A stretch of DNA of 64,000 nucleotides. Origin: Planctomycetota bacterium (GTDB taxonomy: Bacteria; Planctomycetota; MHYJ01; WSZJ01). A program made the position numbers and the translations under genes. The stretch lies in contig JBBTCT010000002.1 in assembly GCA_038060895.1 (NCBI GenBank), forward strand, positions 96,001-160,000. The letters are read 5' to 3'. This document shows positions 38,499 to 48,417 of this stretch, piece by piece (within the stretch, counting starts at the first letter, position 1; each line of letters opens with the position of its first letter). The notes beneath the pieces are model-generated. The model was not told the origin of the DNA. It saw only the letters and a program-made list of their open reading frames with translations, and did not search any database.

Positions 38499-39905
38499 CT
38501 ATTCTTCCGTTTCCAGCGGGAACTCAAGCGCCAGATCGCCGCCTTGAGGCTTCGGATTCCATGAGCGGTCCGAAGGTGATGCAGACCACAGGCCGTCTTC
38601 CCATGTCGAGAATACGATTCCTCGTCCAGCGGCCTGCTCGTGATCGACCCAGTCGCCGGTAAACGGATCGTGCGGCCAGTGTCGGTCCCACCCACGGTTC
38701 CAACCCCAACGGAGCTTTGCGGCCGACTGCACCAGCGCCAACCTCGCTTCAATTCTCATGAATCCGAGTCGGGTCTCAAGTGGCCCTCTGGAAATAGGCG
38801 CCGCGATCGGGTCGGACTCAGCGCGCAATTCGAGTTCTCTCCAACGACGGTCTGCCGGCATTGCGTCCAGCCGCGCTCGAAGCGCCGCCATGACGCCATC
38901 TTTCCATTCCGGGATCAAAGTGGGAGGCGGATCAGGGAACCGCACATTCCTTACAACATCCACGGAGAGTGCGGCCGCTCTTGCGATTGCGAGCCGCGCG
39001 CATCCGCCGTGCCGCCAATGCAACGGATTGACGGGCAATGCCGAGTACCAATTCGACTCCGCAGCTCGCCGCAGGTCGGAAAAGTACGCCAGCCTGGACC
39101 CTTCGAAGTCGCAGAAGTAGTAGGGGAAGTAGAAGTCGGCCCGGTTCAGGAGACTGTCGAGATCCCTCGCGGCTTCCGCGGAAAGGTCGGAAGCCTGGAC
39201 CAATCGCTTTCCGGTTTCGATGGCGCTACTGATCGCATCCGCCCCGGCGAGCGAATCCTGGTAGTAACCCACTGACGCGAGATCCCTGCCAATCTGCACT
39301 TGTACTCGAATCAAATCGAGGCAGGACTGGGTGTCCCCCTTTTCTTGGCTCAGCAGCGCAGCGGCGAAGAGAAGCCGTAGCCCGGTTCGCATGTTTCTCA
39401 ACCAAGGATGGTTTTCGTCGCTCCGGCCTCGCGAAGGGTTACTTCGATAGGTTGAGCTGTAACACTGGGCACCGCGCTGGAGAAGCTCCGTGATTTTCCA
39501 GCGTGATTCGACGAGGCCTGAAACAGCCTCGAGATCCACCTTCGTTTCTCTTTCCTGGTACACGTGTTCCAGGAGCTTCGTCTCCCGCTCCGGCATTGCT
39601 TCGATTTCCCTGCATGCCGTGCGGTAGAAATCCCAGGCGTGCTCTTCGCCTTCGTCGGCCGAACCTTGGCCCGGCCACGGGCCGTAGGTGTCGAACCAGC
39701 AGATGTCCCGGTCCAGATCGCGACAAAACCTGTTCCAGCGAACCGCGGAGTACACAGTGTTTCCGGTCAGGAAAGCGACGAAGACCGCGACCAGGCCCGA
39801 AACCACTCGCTTCCATCGCTTTGGACGACGCGGTGGGCCGGAGGCGGACTGATTCCGCGGTACGAATTGGGGAGAGTTCGACTCCAGTTTCGGATTTTCT
39901 TCCAT
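38499..39905 (-). CDS. Membrane-anchored hypothetical protein
   Basis: N-terminal TM; HAWDFYRTA; C-terminal PHDPFTG..VFS; atypical codon usage. Confidence 0.7.
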   Translation of the reverse strand: MEENPKLESNSPQFVPRNQSASGPPRRPKRWKRVVSGLVAVFVAFLTGNTVYSAVRWNRFCRDLDRDICWFDTYGPWPGQGSADEGEEHAWDFYRTACREIEAMPERETKLLEHVYQERETKVDLEAVSGLVESRWKITELLQRGAQCYSSTYRSNPSRGRSDENHPWLRNMRTGLRLLFAAALLSQEKGDTQSCLDLIRVQVQIGRDLASVGYYQDSLAGADAISSAIETGKRLVQASDLSAEAARDLDSLLNRADFYFPYYFCDFEGSRLAYFSDLRRAAESNWYSALPVNPLHWRHGGCARLAIARAAALSVDVVRNVRFPDPPPTLIPEWKDGVMAALRARLDAMPADRRWRELELRAESDPIAAPISRGPLETRLGFMRIEARLALVQSAAKLRWGWNRGWDRHWPHDPFTGDWVDHEQAAGRGIVFSTWEDGLWSASPSDRSWNPKPQGGDLALEFPLETEE

Positions 39906-40076
39906 CGACTTGCGAGCCTATCACGCGCGCGGCTTGCGTAAACGCGCAATCAGGTTTGTCCCGCGTCTGTTGCGAAATTCCGCCGAATTCGGCGTCGCCG
40001 TTCCGGAATCCACGCCCGAAACTTCGGACCCTCCGGGGTGTTCCAATACCGATCCCAATTTGCCCCGGAGGCCGCC

Positions 40077-41393
40077 GTGTTGCGTTCGACGCTGTTCCTG
40101 CTGCTCGCCGCTGTCGTCCCGGCCTTCGCGCAATCCGACCCGCCGCAGAAGACCAACATCGTCGTCATCGTCGCCGACGATCTCGGCTACGCCGAACTCG
40201 GCTGCCAGGGCTGCCCGGACATCGCGACGCCGAACATCGACTCGATCGCCCGGGACGGCGTGCGATTCACCGCGGGCTACGCGACCTGCGCTGTCTGCGC
40301 GCCGACGCGCGCGGCGCTCATGCTCGGCCGGTACCAGCAGCGATACGGGTTCGAGCACAACCCGGGCCCGCCTGGAAACTCCTCGCCGGTCTTCGGCCTG
40401 CCGGAGGGCGTGCCCACCCTCGCCGAACGCCTGCGCGACGCGGGCTACTCGACGGGGATGGTCGGGAAGTGGCACCTGGGGTACTCGAAGGGCACGCGCC
40501 CGCTCGACCGCGGATTCCAGGAATTCTTCGGCTTCCTCGCAGGCGCGCATGACTACGACCCGGAAAAACCGCAGAACGCCGACCCGCTGCGACGCGGCGA
40601 AGAGCCCGTGACCGAGAAGGAGTACCTGACGCGCGCGTTCTCACGCGAGGCCGCCGCGTTCATCAAGAAGCGCGCCGGGGAGCCCTTCTTCCTTTACATG
40701 ACCTTCAACGCCGTCCACGCCCCGATGCAGCCCGACCCCGCCTGCGCCGAGCGCGTCGCGGGAATCAAGAACGCCGACCGGCGCAAATTCGCCTCGATGC
40801 TCACCTCGCTCGACGACGCCGTCGGCGTCATCCTCGCCGCGCTGCGCGAGCACAAAGTCGAAGAGCGCACGCTCGTCTTTTTCATGAGCGACAACGGCGG
40901 GCCGACGCTTCAGACAACGTCGTCGAACACTCCCCTCTCCGGACAGAAAGGGATGGTCTACGAAGGCGGCATCCGCGTGCCGTACCTGGCGCGCTGGAAA
41001 GGACGGTTGCCCGCGGGCAAGGTCTACGACGAGCCCGTGAGCACGATGGACATCCACGCCACCGCGCTCGCCGCGGCGGGCGTGAAGCTACCCGAGGATC
41101 CCAACCTGGACGGCGCAAGCCTGCTCCCCTTCCTCGAGGGAAAGGCCGAGGGCCGCCCCCACGAGGCGCTCTTCTGGCGGATGGGCGCGCAGGCCGCCGC
41201 GCGCGTCGGAGACTGGAAGCTCGTGATGGAGAAGGGCGAGCCGGACGCGCTGTTCAACCTGAAGGAAGACATCGGCGAACGGGAAAACCTCGCCGTCGAG
41301 AACGCTGAAAAACTCAAAGAGCTTCGCGCGGCGTACGCCGAGTGGGAGAAAGGGACGATCGCCGCAAAGTGGAAGCGGGGGGCGGGGAAGTAA
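40077..41393 (+). CDS. Formylglycine-dependent sulfatase (arylsulfatase family)
   Basis: NIVVIVADDLG, CAPTRAALMLGRY (CxPxR), GKWHLG, SDNGG, YEGGIRVP; GGAGG RBS before GTG. Confidence 0.95.
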   Translation: MLRSTLFLLLAAVVPAFAQSDPPQKTNIVVIVADDLGYAELGCQGCPDIATPNIDSIARDGVRFTAGYATCAVCAPTRAALMLGRYQQRYGFEHNPGPPGNSSPVFGLPEGVPTLAERLRDAGYSTGMVGKWHLGYSKGTRPLDRGFQEFFGFLAGAHDYDPEKPQNADPLRRGEEPVTEKEYLTRAFSREAAAFIKKRAGEPFFLYMTFNAVHAPMQPDPACAERVAGIKNADRRKFASMLTSLDDAVGVILAALREHKVEERTLVFFMSDNGGPTLQTTSSNTPLSGQKGMVYEGGIRVPYLARWKGRLPAGKVYDEPVSTMDIHATALAAAGVKLPEDPNLDGASLLPFLEGKAEGRPHEALFWRMGAQAAARVGDWKLVMEKGEPDALFNLKEDIGERENLAVENAEKLKELRAAYAEWEKGTIAAKWKRGAGK

Positions 41394-41564
41394 GCGCGGC
41401 CCTGATGGCCTGCATGAGCAAGATCGCTCGGCTGACCAGATGGGAACCTAGGTGAGCCTTAACTTTCCTGGTGTATCCCGGCTCCGACTGCTGGAGCAGA
41501 TTCGCTCGAGTCATGCAGTTCCCACCGCTTGCGCTGAGGATCCTCACCGACGCGATTGAAAGGC

Positions 41565-42290
41565 CTAGAGAATCGCGGCTGAAGGGCTCGTTTTCAGCAG
41601 TGCGACGATTTTCAATACTGCTTGATTCGCCGAGTCCCTGGCCTTGGCGGCAAACGAGGAAATTGACTCATCATCAAGGACGCCGTCCCAGCGGAATTCG
41701 GCTGGAATGAATGGTTCCGGCAAATTGGCAATCGGACCCTTCCCTTGGACGATTACTGACTCCAAGTCCGCGTGTTGACACCTCCCTCGGAGATCTCGAA
41801 TCCTGTTCAGCCAGCCAAGGGTCCCCGGATCGACCAAGTGGTTCTTGATTGCGCATGGCTTGGAGATCGCACGCTCTATCAGGAAGAGATTCACACCCTT
41901 TGGATTGAGCCCGAGATGGTAGACGTCATTCAGAATGCGAGACAACCCATCTGTCATGTTGGAGCAGCCCGCGACGAGGCCATCAAAGGTCAAGTACACG
42001 AAGGAGAGAAGTGCCGGGAGACTGGCGAGCGAAATCTCGCAGTCCTGATAGACGAAGGTCGACCTCAGTCTTCCGCTCGGCTGAGGAGATCCAAGGTCAT
42101 AAGCTTCGCTCCACTTCACGCTCTTCAGAAACTCAAATTGAAAATCGATGAACTGGGAGCGGCGAATAATCCCCTTTGCCTTCGCGGAAATTTGGCTGAC
42201 TTCATGAGCTGGAAGAGAGTTACGCCTGCGGAGCGCCTCGACCTCGAGGAGGGGAACGAGGGCATCCAGGTCCTGTTTCACGGTGTTCAA
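41565..42290 (-). CDS. HEPN-domain protein (Cthe_2314-like), putative RNase
   Basis: WLNRIRDLRGRCQH carries an RxxxxH motif in a helical protein; TTG start overlaps the upstream stop (TTGA). Confidence 0.65.
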   Translation of the reverse strand: MNTVKQDLDALVPLLEVEALRRRNSLPAHEVSQISAKAKGIIRRSQFIDFQFEFLKSVKWSEAYDLGSPQPSGRLRSTFVYQDCEISLASLPALLSFVYLTFDGLVAGCSNMTDGLSRILNDVYHLGLNPKGVNLFLIERAISKPCAIKNHLVDPGTLGWLNRIRDLRGRCQHADLESVIVQGKGPIANLPEPFIPAEFRWDGVLDDESISSFAAKARDSANQAVLKIVALLKTSPSAAIL

Positions 42291-45200
42291 AAGTCGAGCT
42301 CCGCGTCATCCGCAAGTGAATCATCGATCATCCGTTGGGCCGAAGCGCGAAGCTCCTCGTAGAAATTCCGGACTCTGTGATCGGCCTCATATTCTTGCGC
42401 GAGTTTGGTTGCCCTCTCCTTGTCCTTGACCCATCGCGGCGGCGGTTCTCCGAAAGAGGAATTCCAGCCACTTGAAGACGCTGCAGAGTAGAGATAGCTC
42501 ATGACTGCTTTTCGCTCTTCATCCGGCAGGAGCTTGTACGCGCGATGAATGATGTCTGCAACCAAGTCATGGGCGTCGTAGATGACATCATGCCCCTGAC
42601 CGGCGACAACTTTCGCCACCATCTTTATGTGTGAGGAGGACTCTCGGAGGAATGCCTCCAACGTCGGCTTCAAGTTCGAGAACTCCGGAGCGACCGAATT
42701 GATCAGTTGTGGTACCCACTGGGAGTACCTCCAAGAGCGCTTCTTCATCAGAAGCAGCGCACCAACCAAGCTCCGCGTTACCTCAGGTCGAAGCGCGTCT
42801 TCGCCAAGGTCGAGCATGGCGACGGCATCACTCGGCAAAGGTTCGAAGGCTTTGTTCCCGGCGGCCTCGCATTTCTGAGCCCCCTTTGAAATCCGACTCA
42901 GGAACAGCCTGACCGTCCTTGCCGGACGGATGGACTTGGCAGCCTTGAGGAAAAGAAAGATATGAAGCGACTGATGACTGATCCCCGGCAGGTTCTCAAG
43001 GCGTGCGAGAAGCTTGTCAACCTGTGATTTCTTGAGCTCGGAATAACGGATTCCGAGCGTGTCGTGAAAGACGCTAAGTTGCCCATCAACCTCTTCCTCA
43101 GTCCTGCCGGACAGGCTCATGACTAGGGGAATTGACTCAGCAGGATGTCCCTTCGCAAGTCGGGATAGTGCGTGGAGCGCTGCGACCCTCACGTTCAGGT
43201 CCCTGTCGCGGCACAAACGTTCAACGGCTTCGTACCGCACCAGATCATGGTCGCCGGGCTTTGACATCCACCGAATCGACTCCGCGGCTTCACGTCGAAT
43301 CTCTCGCGATCTATCAGCGCAGAGAACAGTCAGGGCACTCTTGAACGCTTCTGGTGAGGTACTCCGCAAGTCGACAAGAGACTGCGTGATGCCCGAGTAG
43401 AGCAGCCGGAGGCGCCGTGAGGTGATGGCTTTCAGCATTTGGACCGTGCGCCCAACCTCACTCCTTCCCAGGGCTGTGAGAGTGTCTTGCAGTGCCCCGC
43501 GGGTTATGTCGAGGTATTTGCAGAGCTCCGAGAGGACGACGTTGAGATGCTCCACAACGGCTTCGATTGAGCCCGCAGCTTCCTCGAGCGTGGACAGCGC
43601 TTGCTTGAGTCCCGCCAACTCGACCGCTAGAGCTTCCGGCGTCCTGGGCATCCAAGATTTTCGTGCAACGAACTGGAATAGCGCGTGATCAGGCCCCGCT
43701 GGAACTGCTTCCGCGGCAGCATGGATCGCTTCCAGAGCATCGGGCCAGCCCGCCTCTTCGTGATTCAAAAGTCGGTACTTGATCGCAAAGCGGAGCGCGG
43801 CATTCGGGGTCCTGCTTGCGATTGAAACCAGGCGTTTCAGCACGTCCACCACTTCGGGGAACCATGCATCAAGTTCCTCTTTGTCGACGCGGCGAACGAA
43901 TGAGGTTTCAGGCTGATACAGGAGCCCTGTCAAGGTGGTCAGTGCCAGCTTGGCGTTCGTGGCGTCCCCCTTGCTCACTAGCTCCGCCAACAGGTCTAGC
44001 GCCAACGCTCGATGTGCTCCCAATTTGTCTGCGAGTTTCGCCATGGACCAAGGACGAATCGTCAGATTGGAAGCGGTCGAGGTGACCTGTGAAATCTCCC
44101 GCTTGAGTGCTTCCTTCAGGACATCGAAGAGCCAGTCAAGGTCATCAGGCTCTGTCATCCTTGTCCGGGCGAAGGTCGCGACGGCATCGAGCGTCGCCGC
44201 TGAGATCGTAAGAGCGTCCTCTGTTCGGAACAGGAACCGGTGGTCGTACTGGACTGCCTTGCGAAGCGCGTCAAGCACGGTGTCGGGAGTTCCCGATTTC
44301 ACTCCGAGGAGTTGGATCAGTTCGCAGAGTCGAGTTGCTGCGATGGCTGCATGTTGCGGATGAAGCAACACGAGGGATAAAAGGGCCGGTGCACGATCGA
44401 GCGCGCGAAGCGGATCGTCCTTGACTCCCCACATGTGGGCGCTTGCATCTCTTGGAGCCCGAGGGCCGTGGGTCACGATCTCAAGGATCTGTAGGATCGC
44501 CTCGGGCTGGAAGATGGCCACTTTCTGCAGTTCTGTCAGGAGTTCCCACCGAGCGATGTTCGTCATTCGCGGAATCTGGTTGAAGGTTGACTTCCAGAAT
44601 TCCGCGAGTAGCACGTTGTCAACCTGAGCGTGGGTCCGAAATCGAAGTCGGTACTCGAGATTGCCTAGATTCTCAAGGAGGTTTCCGAAGAACGTCTTTC
44701 GGAAAGCTTCGAGCCACAGATCCACTATGCCCGTGGGCTTGTCCATTCGGTTGAGAGCCGACTTCAGGACTAGGTGATCCGCTAGTACGTCAGGCAGGAT
44801 GCGCACGAGCCTGCCACGACGCAGAAACAATCCTGCACGCTCGAGGTTTCCAAGCGTCTGGACGAGTTCTGGAGCGCCAACCTTTAGAAAGGTCGCGAGC
44901 AGATCCACGTGGACCTTGTCTTCCGGTCTGAACGGTGCGACCGCGGCAAGCGTTCCCAGCAACGCATCCGTGTTAAGGGATTGCGAAATCCCCGCCCGAA
45001 CGTCGTCGCTGATGATCCTGTCAAGCGCTGCAGAGCGGAACGCGCTTGGATCCTCTGCCAAGAGATTTGGAGGCAACAGTCCGCGAGCAAGGCAAGCGCC
45101 GCCGACCGTGACGATAAGCGGAACTCCGTCGGAAGCTGCCACCAACTGGTCGGCGAATCCGGCTGCAGCTTTGCCGAGCGCGGCCTTTGCGAGAAGCAGC

Positions 45201-46147
45201 TGATCCGCCGGATTACTGAGCGGGCCGAGGCGAACGGCATGCGATAGCTTGCCGTCCTCAACGACTCGCAATTGCGCTAGAACCTGCTGCATCCCAAGAG
45301 GTCTTGTGGAAAGAATGAACGCACAGTCTGGCCGAACTCCCAGCACGGCTGCGATAACCTCCTCCAGGTCGTCGCGATGATGCGCGTCGTCGAACACGAT
45401 GACCACCTTGCCTCCGGGCAACTCTCGTAGGTGTTCCCTGGTCCACTGAGCACCTGAGGAGACGAGCCGGACCGTCTGTGCTCCGAGTTTGACCTCGATC
45501 CTCTTTGCGACTTCCAAGAGAAGGCGAGACTTTCCTACGCCGCCGGCTCCCTCGATCAAGATCGCCCTGCGGCCGCCTAGGATCGCCATTTCCACTTCTT
45601 GGGTTTGTTCTTCCCGGCCGAAGAGGGCAAGCGAGTGATTGAACACGTTCGTCGAATCGAGGTAAGGCGCGAAGTGGTCGGTCAGGATCTGAAAAAACCG
45701 CGGCGTCTGACTCCTAGTCAGATAGCCCGCAACCGACGCCAGGCAGCTTTTCACGACGTCGGCAAGCGGCACCGAGTCCCAGACACAGGACGCTCCGACT
45801 TCCCGCCTGAATTCTGCGACCGGCACCTCGTCGCCCTTCGACGGCGGCGGTGCATCGGCGATGACACAGACGAACACTGGTCTCTTGATAGCCCTTGCTG
45901 CCTGGAACTCGCTGTGAGTGTACGAGAGCGTTGAGTTGGGAACCCGCGAGCCATATCTGGTGCCGAAGAGGAGGACGACCGCGTCAGACTCACGAACGGC
46001 CGCCAGACATTCTTCGAGGGGCGGGTTCGGCCTGGAGCCAAAGTGCTCTTGCATGATGGGCTGATGTCCCGACTTGGCTAGCCCATTTGCGAGGTCCTTT
46101 CGGACATCTTCCAGGCCTTCGATCACCGAACTGATGAAAACCTTCAT
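42287..46147 (-). CDS. DUF4062 + STAND-type NTPase + helical repeat protein (NLR/Avs-like)
   Basis: MKVFISS..ECLAAVRESDAVVLLFGTRYGS..SYTHSEF (DUF4062); GAGGVGKS Walker A; VIVFDD Walker B; GVPL; long helical C-terminus. Confidence 0.85.
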   Translation of the reverse strand: MKVFISSVIEGLEDVRKDLANGLAKSGHQPIMQEHFGSRPNPPLEECLAAVRESDAVVLLFGTRYGSRVPNSTLSYTHSEFQAARAIKRPVFVCVIADAPPPSKGDEVPVAEFRREVGASCVWDSVPLADVVKSCLASVAGYLTRSQTPRFFQILTDHFAPYLDSTNVFNHSLALFGREEQTQEVEMAILGGRRAILIEGAGGVGKSRLLLEVAKRIEVKLGAQTVRLVSSGAQWTREHLRELPGGKVVIVFDDAHHRDDLEEVIAAVLGVRPDCAFILSTRPLGMQQVLAQLRVVEDGKLSHAVRLGPLSNPADQLLLAKAALGKAAAGFADQLVAASDGVPLIVTVGGACLARGLLPPNLLAEDPSAFRSAALDRIISDDVRAGISQSLNTDALLGTLAAVAPFRPEDKVHVDLLATFLKVGAPELVQTLGNLERAGLFLRRGRLVRILPDVLADHLVLKSALNRMDKPTGIVDLWLEAFRKTFFGNLLENLGNLEYRLRFRTHAQVDNVLLAEFWKSTFNQIPRMTNIARWELLTELQKVAIFQPEAILQILEIVTHGPRAPRDASAHMWGVKDDPLRALDRAPALLSLVLLHPQHAAIAATRLCELIQLLGVKSGTPDTVLDALRKAVQYDHRFLFRTEDALTISAATLDAVATFARTRMTEPDDLDWLFDVLKEALKREISQVTSTASNLTIRPWSMAKLADKLGAHRALALDLLAELVSKGDATNAKLALTTLTGLLYQPETSFVRRVDKEELDAWFPEVVDVLKRLVSIASRTPNAALRFAIKYRLLNHEEAGWPDALEAIHAAAEAVPAGPDHALFQFVARKSWMPRTPEALAVELAGLKQALSTLEEAAGSIEAVVEHLNVVLSELCKYLDITRGALQDTLTALGRSEVGRTVQMLKAITSRRLRLLYSGITQSLVDLRSTSPEAFKSALTVLCADRSREIRREAAESIRWMSKPGDHDLVRYEAVERLCRDRDLNVRVAALHALSRLAKGHPAESIPLVMSLSGRTEEEVDGQLSVFHDTLGIRYSELKKSQVDKLLARLENLPGISHQSLHIFLFLKAAKSIRPARTVRLFLSRISKGAQKCEAAGNKAFEPLPSDAVAMLDLGEDALRPEVTRSLVGALLLMKKRSWRYSQWVPQLINSVAPEFSNLKPTLEAFLRESSSHIKMVAKVVAGQGHDVIYDAHDLVADIIHRAYKLLPDEERKAVMSYLYSAASSSGWNSSFGEPPPRWVKDKERATKLAQEYEADHRVRNFYEELRASAQRMIDDSLADDAELDF

Positions 46148-46260
46148 TTCGCGTGTACTTCCTCGTTTCAGCGAGTCTCAACCAGAAGCTCAGGGTCTGG
46201 CACAGTCACTGAATTCACCTCGTCTACTCAGGACAGGGACCTCGCGCTCGAGTGAATCTG

Positions 46261-47310
46261 CTACTTGAATTTTGTCACACGTGAGGCGGCGAGCAACTCT
46301 TCAAGGGTAAGGGACCTTGAACCCATCGTTCCAGCAGTGAAGCGGTTCTTGATCTCAGCTCGGCTCAGTTGGTCTTTCGTGACCGGAGCTGGAAACACGA
46401 GGTACGGCGGTCCGAGCAGCATCACCAGGGTTTCCTTTCCTCCCATGTATCTTCGTACGAGTTCGGAGACTCGGAGGTAAGCATCGACGCCGTTAGCGCG
46501 AAGAAACGGGCGAAGGTCTGACATTGGCACGACCTGAATCTGCTCGATTCTTGCGAGGTATGAGATCCCCTCGCCGAAAGGGACGACCGTGATCTCCTTA
46601 AGGGCCCATTGCGCCCGAGCCGTGAAATACGGCGCGAAGTACAGGTTCCCCTGGGCAGAGTTCAAGAATCGGGGCTGGCAGGTCCAGATCTGATGTCGGA
46701 AGAACATCGTCGCCGACTCAGGGTCGCTTACATCTCTCGTGTAGATCTCCTTTGATTCGTTCTTGGTCATGCCTTCCGCCTCCAAGTGGGTCAGCAAGTC
46801 GCAGGCGATGCCGTACCCGACAGGATCCGCTTTAGCAGGAGATCGCAGGCCTCGAATCCGTGAGCAAGCGGCCGCAATGTCATCCCAGGTCCTGCGCTTC
46901 AGCCATTTCACCTGCCTCGCAAGCGTTCGGCTGAGATCACTCAAGCCTTGAGCATGCCACGAACCGTCGTCCACGATGACCAGCCCCGGCCGCCGGCCAT
47001 ACTTTTTACGGACGCTCCTGACGTAGTCCTCGAGCTGGTCGAATCGCTGCCGAAGCCCGAGCTTCCCCTCGAGAACCACCGGGTCACGCTCGGAATCGAA
47101 GAGCAGGTCGAATCGGTCTCCCTCGTCAGTTTCCTCGACCCGCACCTGGTACTGGCGATGGTTCCGGAGTCCGAGGGCGGGAAGCAGCGCTTCGGGAAAT
47201 CTGCCGCAGAGAAAACCCAGAGCAGCGGTGAGCCGTGTCTCGCGAACGCTGCCGAGTGCCGAGAGGAAAGAAGTCACTTGCTTGTCAGCGCGGAAAACTG
47301 AGAGGGGCAT
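46261..47310 (-). CDS. PD-(D/E)XK nuclease fused to an uncharacterised C-terminal domain
   Basis: ETRLTAAL..RFDLLF..VVLEGKL..QRFDQLEDY..RTWDDI. Confidence 0.75.
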   Translation of the reverse strand: MPLSVFRADKQVTSFLSALGSVRETRLTAALGFLCGRFPEALLPALGLRNHRQYQVRVEETDEGDRFDLLFDSERDPVVLEGKLGLRQRFDQLEDYVRSVRKKYGRRPGLVIVDDGSWHAQGLSDLSRTLARQVKWLKRRTWDDIAAACSRIRGLRSPAKADPVGYGIACDLLTHLEAEGMTKNESKEIYTRDVSDPESATMFFRHQIWTCQPRFLNSAQGNLYFAPYFTARAQWALKEITVVPFGEGISYLARIEQIQVVPMSDLRPFLRANGVDAYLRVSELVRRYMGGKETLVMLLGPPYLVFPAPVTKDQLSRAEIKNRFTAGTMGSRSLTLEELLAASRVTKFK

Positions 47311-47518
47311 TCGCGTCTCTTCGATGAACTACGAATCGGGTCCGATGCTGAGGTTGGATCGGATGGTACCGAAATCGAGGAGGCGACCATCACGGGAGGT
47401 GATCTCCCGGCCGGAGTTGGAATCGCGCCGGGAATCCAGAATCTCGCCGCGCCCTCCGGTAGGAAGGGTGTCAGAAAACCGAGCCGAGCCCGGCCAGTTC
47501 TTCGTTGCCAGAAAAGTA

Positions 47519-47540
47519 GCTCCCCAGGGAGGACTCGAAC
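47519..47540 (-). other. tRNA 3'-end remnant (att-like site)
   Basis: Minus strand G-TTCGAGT-CCTCC-CTGGGGA-G-C gives T loop, T stem 3' strand, acceptor 3' strand and discriminator; 5' half absent. Confidence 0.6.
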
Positions 47541-47620
47541 TCGCATTCAGCTTCCAAGCCGTACCAATCCGGCCTACCAGGGATGACCCCTCCCGCGCCG
47601 TGGGTTAGAGTGTCCGCGCC

Positions 47621-48370
47621 ATGGCCATCCTCCCTTTCCAGGACCGTGTCGCCCTCGTCACCGGCGCTTCCCGCGGCATCGGCCGGGGCATCGCGCTTGC
47701 GCTCGGGCGCGCGGGAGCGACGGTGGTGGTGAACTACCGGACGCGCGAAGCGGACGCCGAAAAGGTCGTTTCTGAAATAAAAACATCGGGCGGGAGGGCG
47801 CGGGTCTGGCGCGCGAACGTGGCGGACCGGGAGGACGCGCCGAAGATGGTGGACGGGGTGGCGGCGGAGTTCGGGCGGCTGGACATCCTGGTGAACAACG
47901 CGGGGGTGCTGAAGGACGGGCCGCTGATGATGATGAGCGACGCGCAGTGGGACGACGTCGTGCGGCCGGCGCTGGACGGGGCGTTTTTGTGCTCGCGGGC
48001 GGCGATGCGGCCGATGATCGAGCGGCGGAGCGGGGCGATCCTGAATGTTTCGAGCGTCAGCTGGCGGGTCGGGGTGCCGGGGCAGACGAACTATGCGACG
48101 GCGAAGGCGGGGCTGGTGGGGTTCACGCGGGCGCTGGCGGCGGAGGTTGCGCGCTTCAACATCCGCGTGAACGCGATCGCTCCGGGGCTGGTGGACACGG
48201 AGATGTCGGAGCAGGTGCCGGAGAAGATGCGGAAGAAGATCCTGGAAATCGTGCCGCTGGGGCGAGCGGCTACGGTGGACGAAGTGGTAGGGCCGGCGAT
48301 GTTCCTGCTCGGGGATGGGGCGTCGTATATCACGGGGAAGGTGCTGGATGTGGATGGCGGGATGAGTTAG
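47621..48370 (+). CDS. fabG: 3-oxoacyl-ACP reductase
   Basis: TGASRGIG, NNAG, YATAK, NAIAPG. Confidence 0.9.
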   Translation: MAILPFQDRVALVTGASRGIGRGIALALGRAGATVVVNYRTREADAEKVVSEIKTSGGRARVWRANVADREDAPKMVDGVAAEFGRLDILVNNAGVLKDGPLMMMSDAQWDDVVRPALDGAFLCSRAAMRPMIERRSGAILNVSSVSWRVGVPGQTNYATAKAGLVGFTRALAAEVARFNIRVNAIAPGLVDTEMSEQVPEKMRKKILEIVPLGRAATVDEVVGPAMFLLGDGASYITGKVLDVDGGMS

Positions 48371-48417
48371 CGGAAACAGCCGCGGATAGGACCTCGAAGT
48401 AGACTGGTGAGAGATTC

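Noticed and set aside
42274-42289. Second parS site (TGTTTCACGGTGTTCA)
   Set aside because: Only the left half matches; not palindromic.
41394-47540. Intact prophage or integrative element
   Set aside because: No integrase, transposase, phage or conjugation genes, and no matching second att copy.
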